Positions 1-9,463 of a stretch of 64,000 nt of DNA are shown one piece after another. The DNA lies in the IMG/VR virus record IMGVR_UViG_3300045988_154953; one strand, 5' to 3'. The DNA comes from a virus. Within the stretch, counting starts at the first letter, position 1, and each line of letters starts with the position of its first letter. The notes beneath the pieces were generated by a model that searched no databases, had not been told where the DNA came from, and saw only the letters and a program-made list of their open reading frames with translations. The translations under genes and the position numbers were made by a program.

Positions 1-1
1 T

Positions 2-460
2 CAGACTAATTATAACCAGACTGAGTTGAGTTATTCCAATCCTATCAATCAATCTAGAATAACATGGCATAAAGAGGATGCGATAGATACGATGGATAAT
101 GCACAGTCCTACATAAATTTGATTAAAGACAATATCGACTATGACCATCATATGAAATATGATGATTATGGAAAATGTGAGCTTTATGAGGAATTGTTTC
201 AGGTGATCTGTGAGGTTGTATGTGTAAATCATAAAACCGTGAGAATTGCAGGGGAAGATTATCCGTATGAGCTTGTGAAGTCAAGATTTTTGAAACTGAA
301 CGGTAGTCATTTGGAGTATGTGATTGATCGCATGAAGAATGTGAATGCAAAGATAAAAAACATAAAAGCATATATGATCACAGCGTTATATAATGCTCCA
401 AATACAATGAATCATTTTTATCAGCAGGAAGTGCGGTGCGATTTATATGGAATTCCATAA
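2..460 (+). CDS. 5'-truncated CDS, conserved phage/ICE-type protein (C-terminal part), function unknown
   Basis: Reading frame stays open to the window edge upstream of the track start at 26. Stop is TAA at 458-460. Confidence 0.6.
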   Translation, partial: QTNYNQTELSYSNPINQSRITWHKEDAIDTMDNAQSYINLIKDNIDYDHHMKYDDYGKCELYEELFQVICEVVCVNHKTVRIAGEDYPYELVKSRFLKLNGSHLEYVIDRMKNVNAKIKNIKAYMITALYNAPNTMNHFYQQEVRCDLYGIP

Positions 461-475
461 ACTAATCAATATAAT
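459..475 (+). promoter_or_regulatory. 17-nt intergenic motif copy M1 (AAACTAATCAATATAAT)
   Basis: Exact consensus. Overlaps the upstream stop codon and lies 33 nt before the ATG at 508. Confidence 0.6.
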
Positions 476-507
476 TTAGAGGATTATAAAAAAGCGGAGG
501 GTAAAAT

Positions 508-1506
508 ATGAATGGAATTACAGAATATGAGATGACGTTTCAACGAAAAATAAATAAAATTCTTGAAGAAAACAAAAATTTATATGGATTTTATGGGTTT
601 ATGACGAATATTTCAATTTCTTCTGCATATAACTATTTAAGACATATCGAAAGATTCTTGTTGTATCTTGATGGAAAACCTTTAAACGAATTGACGATTG
701 ATGATTTTACCGGATACATGATTAAAATCCAGAGGAAAGATAACGGAGAGAAAGTTACATCATCGTATAAAATTACTGTGTATTCAGCCTTAAAAAAATA
801 CGGAAAATACTTAGTAGGATCACATCAGTTAGAAAGTAATCCTATGGACTTTGTAGATCGACCAAAGGCAACAGAGAGTCAAGAAACTATTTCAAAACGA
901 GAAAATGGATATTTGACAACAGGTGAAATTAAGTCTTATATATCCGCAGTTAAACATGGGAGTGGCAATGATAAAAGTATAGCAATGCAAATGGAATGGA
1001 AAGAAAGAGATATGGCGATTATAATGATTTTCTTAAACACTGGTATAAGATGTTCAGCCCTAATGAAGCTTGATGTGAAAGATATAAATTTTCAACAGAA
1101 GACATTATCTGTTATTGACAAAGAGTCAAAATATAACGTATATAATTTATCTGATGAGATATTAAATATCATTAAAGATTGGCTAGATAAGAGGCGTTTA
1201 TTACTTTTTGGCACAGAAAATGATGCTTTGTTTATTTCTAATCGAAGAACACGTATGACACAAAACGCAATTTCTTATGTTGTCCAAAAATATGCATCCG
1301 ACATAAAAGGCAAACATATAACACCGCATAAATTAAGAGCAACATATGGTACACAGTTATACAACGCCACAAAAGATATTTATTTTGTGCAGCAGTGCTT
1401 AAAACATAATAGTCCAAAAACATCCGAATTATACATCAGAGGAAATGATAATAGCAATCAAACTGGCAAAGCTTCTGACATCATGAAGTATATAACACTA
1501 AACTAA
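508..1506 (+). CDS. tyrosine recombinase/integrase (XerC/XerD-like)
   Basis: SAM-like N-terminal domain. C-terminal HKLRATYG (HxxR) box and terminal LYIRG tyrosine. RBS GGAGGG. Confidence 0.85.
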   Translation: MNGITEYEMTFQRKINKILEENKNLYGFYGFMTNISISSAYNYLRHIERFLLYLDGKPLNELTIDDFTGYMIKIQRKDNGEKVTSSYKITVYSALKKYGKYLVGSHQLESNPMDFVDRPKATESQETISKRENGYLTTGEIKSYISAVKHGSGNDKSIAMQMEWKERDMAIIMIFLNTGIRCSALMKLDVKDINFQQKTLSVIDKESKYNVYNLSDEILNIIKDWLDKRRLLLFGTENDALFISNRRTRMTQNAISYVVQKYASDIKGKHITPHKLRATYGTQLYNATKDIYFVQQCLKHNSPKTSELYIRGNDNSNQTGKASDIMKYITLN

Positions 1507-1604
1507 TCATTTTAACATTTGAAACTTGATAAAATCCCAAATATAGTGTATTATAAAGGTAAATATCTATATAATTCATTGTTTGGATTTTTAAGGAGGG
1601 AAAT

Positions 1605-2876
1605 ATGTTAAAAGATAGGAGGACACTTGAATTATATTTAGAAAATTGTAATTTTGATATAGCCATAGATAATGAGAAATGTAAAGAAATATACGATTAT
1701 GCAAATCTAATTTATAATATTCCAAAGTCTTTAGTTTTAGATTATATGACTCAAAGAAAGTCTTTGGCTGAAGCATCTGAATTTGAATTGTTTATATTAT
1801 TAGATTCAATTCTCAAATTCACAAAAAATGAAAGTAAACTTACGACATATTTTACAGAAAAGGAGTTAAATTTTTATTCCACAGAAAAATTTCAAAACGA
1901 AAATATAAAATTTCCATTGGAATTTAAAGCTATACAAATAACAAATGATCAATGGATCGGAAAAATTAATGTTAAAACTTTAATGAAATTTCGTAAAGCG
2001 CAGCTTATCAATTACGATGCAAATACTCAACGTGTAATGACGAGGATTGTTCGTAATGAAAAAGTTGAATGGAAGATAACAACCAATAAAAAATCTGTAA
2101 ACGAAATTGCTAGAGAATATGAGAACAATACGTTTATTCCGAATACCATTACATTAAATATTCCTACAGATAGTGACGCAGACTTTTATTATGACGAAGA
2201 AACATGTACACTTATTATAAATAAACTTGAGCACTTTAATATAACAGATGGGTATCACAGATACTTAGCAGAAGCAGAAACGAGTGATAAAATTCCTGAT
2301 TTCGATTATCCGATGGAATTAAGAATCATTAATTTTACGGACGATAAAGCTAAAAGGTTTATATCCCAGGAAGAACATAAAAACCATATGAAAAAACTAG
2401 ATAGCAAATCAATGGATATGAATAATATGGCGAATATTACCGTAGAGAGATTGAATGACAATGTGAATTTTAATTTAAAAGGATTGATATCTCGAAATAG
2501 AGGAATCGTAAATTTTCCAATTCTTGCTGATTTAGTTGAGTATTTTTATTTTAAAAATACCCCTAAAAGTAAATCCAGGATAACAATGATACAAACAGTT
2601 AAGGAATTGACAGATAAAATCAATGAATTTACAGAATGTTATCCTGAATATCTTGAAAAAGAAATAGATTATAGTACAATATTATCTATGATGTTTTGTT
2701 TCAATTACTACAAAGATACAAACAAACCAAATATAAATGAAATAATCATTCGGCTTGCAGATAGAATAAGAAATACAAAAAATCCAACACTTCGTGATAA
2801 AAGATCTACTCCTAAAAAGATGAGGTTAGTTGAACAGGAATTATTAGAAGTTTTAAATGAGATGGAGGGAAAATAA
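1605..2876 (+). CDS. DGQHR/DndB-like (ParB/Srx-fold) domain protein
   Basis: ITDGYHRY motif resembles the DGQHR signature of the DndB/ParB-like family. RBS AGGAGGG. Confidence 0.55.
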   Translation: MLKDRRTLELYLENCNFDIAIDNEKCKEIYDYANLIYNIPKSLVLDYMTQRKSLAEASEFELFILLDSILKFTKNESKLTTYFTEKELNFYSTEKFQNENIKFPLEFKAIQITNDQWIGKINVKTLMKFRKAQLINYDANTQRVMTRIVRNEKVEWKITTNKKSVNEIAREYENNTFIPNTITLNIPTDSDADFYYDEETCTLIINKLEHFNITDGYHRYLAEAETSDKIPDFDYPMELRIINFTDDKAKRFISQEEHKNHMKKLDSKSMDMNNMANITVERLNDNVNFNLKGLISRNRGIVNFPILADLVEYFYFKNTPKSKSRITMIQTVKELTDKINEFTECYPEYLEKEIDYSTILSMMFCFNYYKDTNKPNINEIIIRLADRIRNTKNPTLRDKRSTPKKMRLVEQELLEVLNEMEGK

Positions 2877-2877
2877 T

Positions 2878-3636
2878 ATGCATGATACAAGTTGTTTTTA
2901 TAATGAGGAGTTAAAAAATAGATTTATTAATGATAAATCAGAAGAAATTATAAGCGTAACATCCATGTATTATATGTTCAAGAAAGTTGCAAAGATAGAA
3001 ACGGAATTGAATAAAGATTTATGTGATTGGAATTATTACGAAATAATGGAGTATTATAAATTACTTAATTGTTCTTCAATACAACCATTAATCATTATAA
3101 ATGCAATATTTTCACAGTATACACAATTTTGTTTGATGAACAATATTGTAAAAGACAGCCAGAATCATTATACAGAAGTTAAAAGAGAAATATTAATCAA
3201 ATGTATCAATAAATTAATATTGGATAAAAAATGCGTGGATCGAGAACAAGTTTTAACATGGATAGATGAATTGCCGAATCCGAAAGATCAATTTATTATG
3301 CTTGGTGTATTCGAATTTGGAAAGAGAAGAAATTACTATGATATTGCAAATGCTAAACCTGAAGATGTAGATTTACGAAATTGTACATTGAAACTGGAAA
3401 ATAGAACAGTAAAAATTTCAGAAAAATTAGTAGAGATAATAAAAGATTGCATGAGTACAAATTACTACTTTTCAGTTTCTGGTTCATTCTTAAAGAGAAT
3501 GCCGTTAATTTACGATGGACACATTGTTAAAAAGTATCCAAACGAGGAAATTAAATCAACCGATTATGCAAAGGAAGAAACATTTATCAAAGTCTTACAA
3601 GAAGTTTTAAATATCTTGGTGTTGAAAAATGGATGA
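2878..3636 (+). CDS. hypothetical protein, weak resemblance to a degenerate tyrosine-recombinase core
   Basis: ATG at 2878 follows GGAGGG. The track start at 2857 overlaps the upstream gene. No catalytic residues identified. Confidence 0.5.
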   Translation: MHDTSCFYNEELKNRFINDKSEEIISVTSMYYMFKKVAKIETELNKDLCDWNYYEIMEYYKLLNCSSIQPLIIINAIFSQYTQFCLMNNIVKDSQNHYTEVKREILIKCINKLILDKKCVDREQVLTWIDELPNPKDQFIMLGVFEFGKRRNYYDIANAKPEDVDLRNCTLKLENRTVKISEKLVEIIKDCMSTNYYFSVSGSFLKRMPLIYDGHIVKKYPNEEIKSTDYAKEETFIKVLQEVLNILVLKNG

Positions 3637-3821
3637 ACGGAGTGGCATTGGTAAATTCTGGCAAAATATATTCGATCAATCAAAAAGCGAAAGAATTAAA
3701 TATTTCTGGTAGAGATGTAATAAATAGCGATCATATAAAAGAAATAAATAATCAATATGATTCTAATATTGAAATAAATGCGCGTACATTTATTTTACAA
3801 TATGAAGATTACCTGGCCTAA
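3633..3821 (+). CDS. hypothetical protein (possibly the C-terminal continuation of 2878..3636)
   Basis: ATGA overlap with the upstream stop. Its frame is already open from 3555. Confidence 0.45.
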   Translation: MNGVALVNSGKIYSINQKAKELNISGRDVINSDHIKEINNQYDSNIEINARTFILQYEDYLA

Positions 3822-3846
3822 CCGGCTAGGTAATTTTATAAAATTT

Positions 3847-3863
3847 AAACTAATCAGTTTAAT
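3847..3863 (+). promoter_or_regulatory. 17-nt motif copy M2 (AAACTAATCAGTTTAAT)
   Basis: One mismatch to the consensus. Intergenic. Confidence 0.5.
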
Positions 3864-3928
3864 TATTCTATATTAATAGGAGGTGAGGATTTATGATTGC
3901 GATATGTACAAAATTTCAAAAAGAACAC

Positions 3929-3957
3929 TTGTTCTCAGACGAATAGTATGATATACT
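3929..3957 (+). promoter_or_regulatory. sigma-70/SigA-type promoter
   Basis: TTGTTC, 17 nt, TGaTATACT (extended -10), upstream of 4020. Confidence 0.55.
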
Positions 3958-4019
3958 ATTACCAGAACATATGTACACCATTTAATTAAATGTAATTTTA
4001 AACAGGAGGAAACGCGATA

Positions 4020-4355
4020 ATGAAGGAACACACTTTTTCAAATGTAAATAATAGAGTTGATAGATCTGCAATTATAGAAAAGTTAGAATATATATTGAAT
4101 GCTGCAAAAAATGCTGCTGATACATTTATGATATATATTTCTAACGATAACTTTGAATGCAGAAATAATGTTGATGCAAATGATTTTGAATTAGACGAAA
4201 AAGATTTTCATTTATCATATGGATCTTATGAGTTACATATTAATTTAAACGAAACTGATATAAAATATTTAGCAGCGGAGGAAAATAATTATGAAGGAGA
4301 ATTATTTATTTTTTCGTTAGTTAAATATAATACAGAAATCAGCATGGTCTTCTAA
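4020..4355 (+). CDS. hypothetical protein
   Basis: ORF with RBS AGGAGGAA. No recognisable motif. Confidence 0.6.
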   Translation: MKEHTFSNVNNRVDRSAIIEKLEYILNAAKNAADTFMIYISNDNFECRNNVDANDFELDEKDFHLSYGSYELHINLNETDIKYLAAEENNYEGELFIFSLVKYNTEISMVF

Positions 4356-4380
4356 TATTGGAAGTCCATCGAAAATATAT

Positions 4381-4397
4381 AGACTAATCAATATAAT
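4381..4397 (+). promoter_or_regulatory. 17-nt motif copy M3 (AGACTAATCAATATAAT)
   Basis: One mismatch. Intergenic. Confidence 0.5.
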
Positions 4398-4516
4398 ATT
4401 TATTGATTGATGATACATATACATATATGTATATGATAGTTGATATATTTTATTTTTTATTTGACGTAGCTGCTCAAATGCAGCTACGGACATAAAATAA
4501 ATCGAAAGGAAGATTA

Positions 4517-4666
4517 ATGATAAATGCAATTGTGTGGATTGTCATTGGAATTGTTATGTTCTTGTATTTATTTGCATGTTGTAAAGTTGGTTCAGATGCA
4601 GATGATTGGATGGATGAAAAATTCAATGAAGAAAATAAAAATAAAAAAGATGACACGCATTATTAA
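4517..4666 (+). CDS. small membrane protein (49 aa)
   Basis: ATG at 4517 after AAGGAAG. Translation MINAIVWIVIGIVMFLYLFACC has one TM helix followed by an acidic/basic tail. Preferred over the track ORF 4524..4706. Confidence 0.45.
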   Translation: MINAIVWIVIGIVMFLYLFACCKVGSDADDWMDEKFNEENKNKKDDTHY

Positions 4667-4922
4667 TAATATTAACAATGAAGATAACTTTGATACAAAA
4701 TATTAAGATTACTTAGAAGGAAAAATAATCAAATGACAAATCAGGAATTTTTAGAATTATGTGTAGAAAAGGTAAAGAGTTATACAAATAAACATTTGGA
4801 TAAGACAGACATGATAGAAATTACAAATGAAGATGTGTTTATAAAGAAGGCGAGAACACTCGCCACTTTAGTGGTGAGATGAATCGCCGACAAAGAGAGA
4901 ATATACATATGAGGTGATAATC

Positions 4923-5027
4923 ATGAAAGTAACGCATGGTCATGGATATGTGTATTCAATTCAATATCATATTGTTTGGTGTGTTAAAGCTATATTAAAA
5001 ATCAAAAACGAAAGTGAGGTGAAGACG
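4923..5027 (+). pseudogene. tnpA: remnant of IS200-type Y1 transposase TnpA (N-terminal ~22 aa only)
   Basis: MKVTHGHGYVYSIQYHIVWCVK matches the TnpA N-terminus, then similarity is lost. Confidence 0.6.
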
Positions 5028-6128
5028 GTGGAAAAGGCATATAAATATAGAATATATCCAAATAAAAAGCAAAAAGAACTTATTCATAAAACTTTTGGAT
5101 GTACTAGATTCGTATATAATACATATCTTGCAAAAAGAATTGAGAAATATGAAAAAGATAAAATCACATTTACTTATATACAATGTGCAAATGATATGAA
5201 AAATCTTAAAACTGAATTAGGATGACTTAAAGAAGTTGATTCTACTGCTCTTCAATCATCCCTTAAAGATTTAGATGTTGCTTATCAAAAATTTTTTAAA
5301 GAGCATGCTGGTTATCCAAAGTTTAAATCAAAGAAAACACATAAATATTCTTACAAGTCAAAATGTACTAATGAAAATATCCAGTATTGTGACAAGCATA
5401 TAAAATTACCTAAGCTTGGAATGGTAAAAACAAGAAACAAATTAATACCACAAGGAAGAATACTTAATGCAACTGTGTCACAAGAATCTAGTGGTAAATA
5501 TTATGTATCACTCTGCTGTACTGATGTAGATATAAAACCATTGGAAAAGACTGGAAATTCAATTGGAATTGATTTAGGAATTAAAGAATTTTGTATTACA
5601 TCAGATGGTGAAATGATAGAAAATCCAAAATATCTCAAGAAGTCTTTAGACAAACTTGCAAAGTTACAAAGAGAGTTGTCTCGAAAATCAAAAGGTGGTT
5701 CAAATTGTAATAAAGCAAGAATTAAGGTTGCAAGACAACACGAGAAAATTACAAATCAGAGAAAAGATTTTTTGCAGAAATTATCTACTAAAATTATTAA
5801 ATACAACGACATTATTTGTATTGAAGATTTACAAGTTAAAAACATGATTAAAAATCATAAACTTGCAAGAAGTATTGCAGATGTATCATGGTCTGAGTTC
5901 GTTAGACAGTTAGAGTACAAAGCTAATTGGTATGGTAAACAGATTGTAAAAGTAGATAAGTTCTTTGCAAGCTCACAGACTTGCAGTGTTTGTGGGTATG
6001 TTAATAAAGAAACAAAGAATCTTGGTATTCGTGAATGGGATTGCCCGCAATGCGGGACACATCATGATCGAGATATAAATGCTGCTATAAATATCTTAAA
6101 TGAAGGATTAAGAGTTTTGGCAGCATAA
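5028..6128 (+). pseudogene. tnpB: TnpB (OrfB/IS605 RNA-guided nuclease family) with one in-frame TGA at 5223-5225
   Basis: GTG start after GAGGTGA. AYKYRIYPN start motif. C-terminal CSVCG..CPQCG zinc finger and RuvC-like D residues. The TGA replaces the Trp of the conserved ..WLKEVDS.. motif. Confidence 0.8.
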
Positions 6129-6394
6129 TCATTTAAGAACGGTTGGAACAGGCGGGATAGCTTGGTAGATATTCTTGCAATGGTAAGAAGTTCCCAAGAA
6201 TCATGCCACTTTAGTGGTGTGAGGTTCAAAGTATGGTCATGTAAAACATTACAGAACAATAAGGCGCTGCTTAGTACAACGGTGACTGATGGTATGTATT
6301 ATGAGCTGACTTATAACGGAGATAAAAAAGAATTGTATTTCGATGCATATAAAAAATGGGAAAACATTAAGTATAGTTTGTAGGAGGAACAAAA

Positions 6395-8368
6395 TTGAGT
6401 AAATTAGATGAAATAAAAACACTTATTGCAAAATTAAACGAAGCCGCTTACTATTACTATCAAAAAGATGACCCAATTATAAGTGATAAACGGTATGATG
6501 AGTGGTATGATCAACTTGTGCAGCTTGAAAAAGAAACAGGAATTATATTAGCCAGTTCACCAACTCAAACTGTGCAGGGTTTCTTATTGAAGGATTTGAA
6601 AAAAGTTAAGCATATGCGACCTATGCTTTCTGCAAACAAGTCTAAAGATGTAAATGATATTAAAAAGTTCCTTAGTAATAAAAGGGGAATTGTTAGTTGG
6701 AAGATGGATGGTCTGACAATTGTATTAACGTATAAAGCAGGAAAGTTTATACAGGCTGTTACCAGAGGTACTGGAGAGATTGGTGAGGATGTAACCCATA
6801 CAATGAGAATGTGCGAAAATATTCCTTTGACTATCCCATATCCAATTGATATGACTGTACGTGGTGAATGTGTTATCTCATGGAACGAGTTTACAAGAAT
6901 AAATGATAAACTTATTGATAAATATAAACATCCTCGCAATTTAGCTGCAGGTACTGTTAGACAGCTCGATTCTAACATTGTTAAAGATAGAAAGATTATA
7001 TTTAAAGCTTTCGAGCTTGTGCAGGATGATAATTATAATCATCCAAAAGTCGCTGAGAAAATATATGATATTGGTGAATCATTTAATTTCTTATCTGAAT
7101 GTGGCTTTGATGTAGTTGAACACAATATTGTCACAAGAGATACTGTAGACACAATGATCGAAAAGTTTGACCCAGATCAATATGCATATCCTGTGGATGG
7201 ATTGATTTTTACATATGATGACTACGTATACGGAAAGCAACTTGGAACAACCTCTAAGTTTCCTCTGAATATGATAGCTCTTAAGTGGGAAGACGAGTTG
7301 TACGAAACTGTTTTAAGAGATATTGAATGGAATACAACTCGTACAGGTGTTATTAATCCTGTAGCCATATTTGATGAGATTGACTTGGATGGTGCTTTAA
7401 CAACTAGAGCAACGCTTCATAATGTATCTATCATTGAGTCGTTAAAATTAGGGATTGGTGATATTATTCAAGTGTACCGTTCAAATAAGGTTATCCCTAA
7501 AGTACATGACAACTTAACCAGAAGTAATACATATATTATTCCAAGCAGATGTCCTTGTTGTGGCGGTCACGCAATTGTAAAGAATGAAAATAATTCTAAG
7601 ATTTTATATTGTATAAATCCAGATTGTTCAGCAAAATTTACTTCTAAACTCGAAAATTTTGTAAGCAGAAATGGAATGAATATTGTTGGATTAAGCGGAC
7701 AAACGATTGAACAAATAGTTAATAAGGGATACGTGAATACATTTACAGATATTTATCACTTGTTAGAATATAAAAAAGAATTATCTACAATTCCTAAGAT
7801 GGGTGCTAAGTCAGTATCAAAATTATTAAATGCAATTGAAGATAGCAGAAAAACAGATTTAACTCATTTGATTACAGCTTTATCTATACCACTTATTGGA
7901 AAATCAACAGCGAAAGATATTGCAAAATATTGTCATGATGATGTTGATAAATTTGTATTTATTATGAATAACACATCTCTTGAATTAGCTGCAATTGATG
8001 GGGTTGGTGTGGCCGCTACAAAATCATTAGATGATTGGTGGAGTGAAAACGCAGATTTATTTTATGAATTATTGAAAGAATTAGATGTTGAGAAACCAGA
8101 AGATGCTTCTTTATCGACATCGGATGGAATTGATTTAACAGGTAAGACATTTGTTATTACTGGATCTCTAAATCATTTTATTAATAGAGATGCTTTAAAA
8201 GATAAGTTAGAAAACATGGGTGCGAAAGTTTCTGGTTCTGTAAGTAAAAATACATTTGCACTTATTTGTAATGACAAGGATAGTAATAGCGGCAAATCTA
8301 AGAAAGCAAAAGACATTGGAGTAAATGTTTGGAGCGAAGAAGATTTATTGATATTTATTGGAGAATAG
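6395..8368 (+). CDS. ligA: NAD+-dependent DNA ligase
   Basis: KMDGLT adenylation motif, Cys4 zinc finger (CPCCGG..C..C), HhH region and C-terminal BRCT (GKTFVITGSL). TTG start after AGGAGG. Confidence 0.9.
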   Translation: MSKLDEIKTLIAKLNEAAYYYYQKDDPIISDKRYDEWYDQLVQLEKETGIILASSPTQTVQGFLLKDLKKVKHMRPMLSANKSKDVNDIKKFLSNKRGIVSWKMDGLTIVLTYKAGKFIQAVTRGTGEIGEDVTHTMRMCENIPLTIPYPIDMTVRGECVISWNEFTRINDKLIDKYKHPRNLAAGTVRQLDSNIVKDRKIIFKAFELVQDDNYNHPKVAEKIYDIGESFNFLSECGFDVVEHNIVTRDTVDTMIEKFDPDQYAYPVDGLIFTYDDYVYGKQLGTTSKFPLNMIALKWEDELYETVLRDIEWNTTRTGVINPVAIFDEIDLDGALTTRATLHNVSIIESLKLGIGDIIQVYRSNKVIPKVHDNLTRSNTYIIPSRCPCCGGHAIVKNENNSKILYCINPDCSAKFTSKLENFVSRNGMNIVGLSGQTIEQIVNKGYVNTFTDIYHLLEYKKELSTIPKMGAKSVSKLLNAIEDSRKTDLTHLITALSIPLIGKSTAKDIAKYCHDDVDKFVFIMNNTSLELAAIDGVGVAATKSLDDWWSENADLFYELLKELDVEKPEDASLSTSDGIDLTGKTFVITGSLNHFINRDALKDKLENMGAKVSGSVSKNTFALICNDKDSNSGKSKKAKDIGVNVWSEEDLLIFIGE

Positions 8369-8373
8369 GTGGA

Positions 8374-8967
8374 ATGACGGAAGAAACAATATTAGAATAT
8401 AAAATTAGTGATCATGCTCAGAAAAGATATGCTGAACGTATCATTGGAAAAGATAATCAGGTTGAAATAAATCGTTTTGTAACTGAAAATAAAGACAAAA
8501 TTAAAACTGATATTAATAAAATGATTCAGTATGGAGAAATGATTTACGCCGGTATTCAATCTCAGAAAGATAACAAAGGAAAAGTAATAAATGTTTTCCT
8601 AAAGGATTGTTGGGTTGTTTTAGTGAATATACAAACACATATTGTTGTGACACTTTACAAGATTGATCTTGGATGTGGAGATGAATTCAATCAGATATAT
8701 GTTTCGAAAATGTTAAACAAGTTGAATGAGAAAAAGAAATTATTAGCGGAAACAAAATTTAATGTCGCTAAAGAATCTGAAGAATATAAAAATTTAATTT
8801 CTGATGCACAATCCCAAATCAACGAATATAAGAGTATGGTTAAAAATCTCGAATCAATGTGTATTGGATATCAAACTATCATTGATAATAACACTGTTAA
8901 AATAAAACAGGCAGATAGAGAAGTTGCTGACATTGTAAATACACTTATTAACAAAAAAGAATTTTAA
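8374..8967 (+). CDS. hypothetical coiled-coil protein
   Basis: ATG at 8374 is in the same frame as the track ORF, which starts inside ligA. Confidence 0.55.
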   Translation: MTEETILEYKISDHAQKRYAERIIGKDNQVEINRFVTENKDKIKTDINKMIQYGEMIYAGIQSQKDNKGKVINVFLKDCWVVLVNIQTHIVVTLYKIDLGCGDEFNQIYVSKMLNKLNEKKKLLAETKFNVAKESEEYKNLISDAQSQINEYKSMVKNLESMCIGYQTIIDNNTVKIKQADREVADIVNTLINKKEF

Positions 8968-8982
8968 ACTAGTCAATTTAAT
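8966..8982 (+). promoter_or_regulatory. 17-nt motif copy M4 (AAACTAGTCAATTTAAT)
   Basis: Ends 8 nt upstream of the -35 at 8991. Confidence 0.55.
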
Positions 8983-8990
8983 TATTAATA

Positions 8991-9019
8991 TTGACAGATA
9001 TATATAATTGTGATATCTT
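8991..9019 (+). promoter_or_regulatory. SigA-type promoter
   Basis: TTGACA, 17 nt, TGaTATCTT. Confidence 0.5.
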
Positions 9020-9020
9020 T

Positions 9021-9037
9021 AAACTATTCAATATAAT
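9021..9037 (+). promoter_or_regulatory. 17-nt motif copy M5 (AAACTATTCAATATAAT)
   Basis: Starts 2 nt after the -10 hexamer and lies 28 nt before the ATG at 9065. Confidence 0.55.
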
Positions 9038-9064
9038 TTTACTTTTTTGAAAGGAGAATAAAGC

Positions 9065-9454
9065 ATGAGTAAATTATTCAAATGTAGTATTTGCGGTAGA
9101 GAATATGATAATGTTAATGATTTTCTTAAATGCGTTACAAATTGTGCTGCGGATGTAAAGAGAAAAGAAAAAGAAGAAAGCGAACAAAGATTGGCGGAAA
9201 TCAATGCAGCTATCAATGGTGTTAAGCAAGCGAAGGCGTATTATGATCAGAAATTGAAAGAATTTAAAGAAAAGTATCCAAAAGAATATGAATTGAATTT
9301 TAGAAATGACTCTGGTTGTTTTTGTAATTGTTGTGATGATATTGCAAAAACTGTTCCAAAAAGTAAAAAAGACACAAATAATTCAAGTATAAAAACAACA
9401 TATGATTTTCAGGATACTGTAAATGAGATGTTAAATCTACTTAAATTACAATAG
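9065..9454 (+). CDS. hypothetical Cys-rich protein
   Basis: ORF with RBS AAAGGAG. CxxC pairs. Confidence 0.6.
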   Translation: MSKLFKCSICGREYDNVNDFLKCVTNCAADVKRKEKEESEQRLAEINAAINGVKQAKAYYDQKLKEFKEKYPKEYELNFRNDSGCFCNCCDDIAKTVPKSKKDTNNSSIKTTYDFQDTVNEMLNLLKLQ

Positions 9455-9463
9455 GTGAGTTGT

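Larger units (their letters stand above)
4844..6230 (+). mobile_element. IS200/IS605-family insertion (tnpA remnant plus tnpB)
   Basis: Both ends carry the subterminal hairpin GCCACTTTAGTGGTG (4861-4875 and 6205-6219). Boundaries were deduced from the split host gene. Confidence 0.8.
4743..6383 (+). pseudogene. phage gene (paralog of 25303..25608) split by an IS insertion; halves are 4743..4843 and 6231..6383
   Basis: The left half ends ..ITNEDVFI and the right half resumes VWSCKTLQNNKAL... The intact paralog reads ..SNVFIVWSCKTLQNYKCL... Confidence 0.8.

Noticed and set aside
4466-4487. 8-bp hairpin GTAGCTGC-N6-GCAGCTAC as a terminator.
   Set aside because: It is not followed by a U-tract on either strand, so it was left unannotated.
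4524-4706. Track ORF of 60 aa.
   Set aside because: It has no RBS and an odd composition. The overlapping frame starting at 4517 has an RBS and encodes a plausible one-TM peptide.
5656-5847. Alternative-frame ORFs that lie within larger genes or overlap adjacent + strand genes (also 32240..32428, 37147..37341, 49345..49578).
   Set aside because: They are wholly or largely overlapped by genes whose own frames carry the conserved motifs. They have no independent support.
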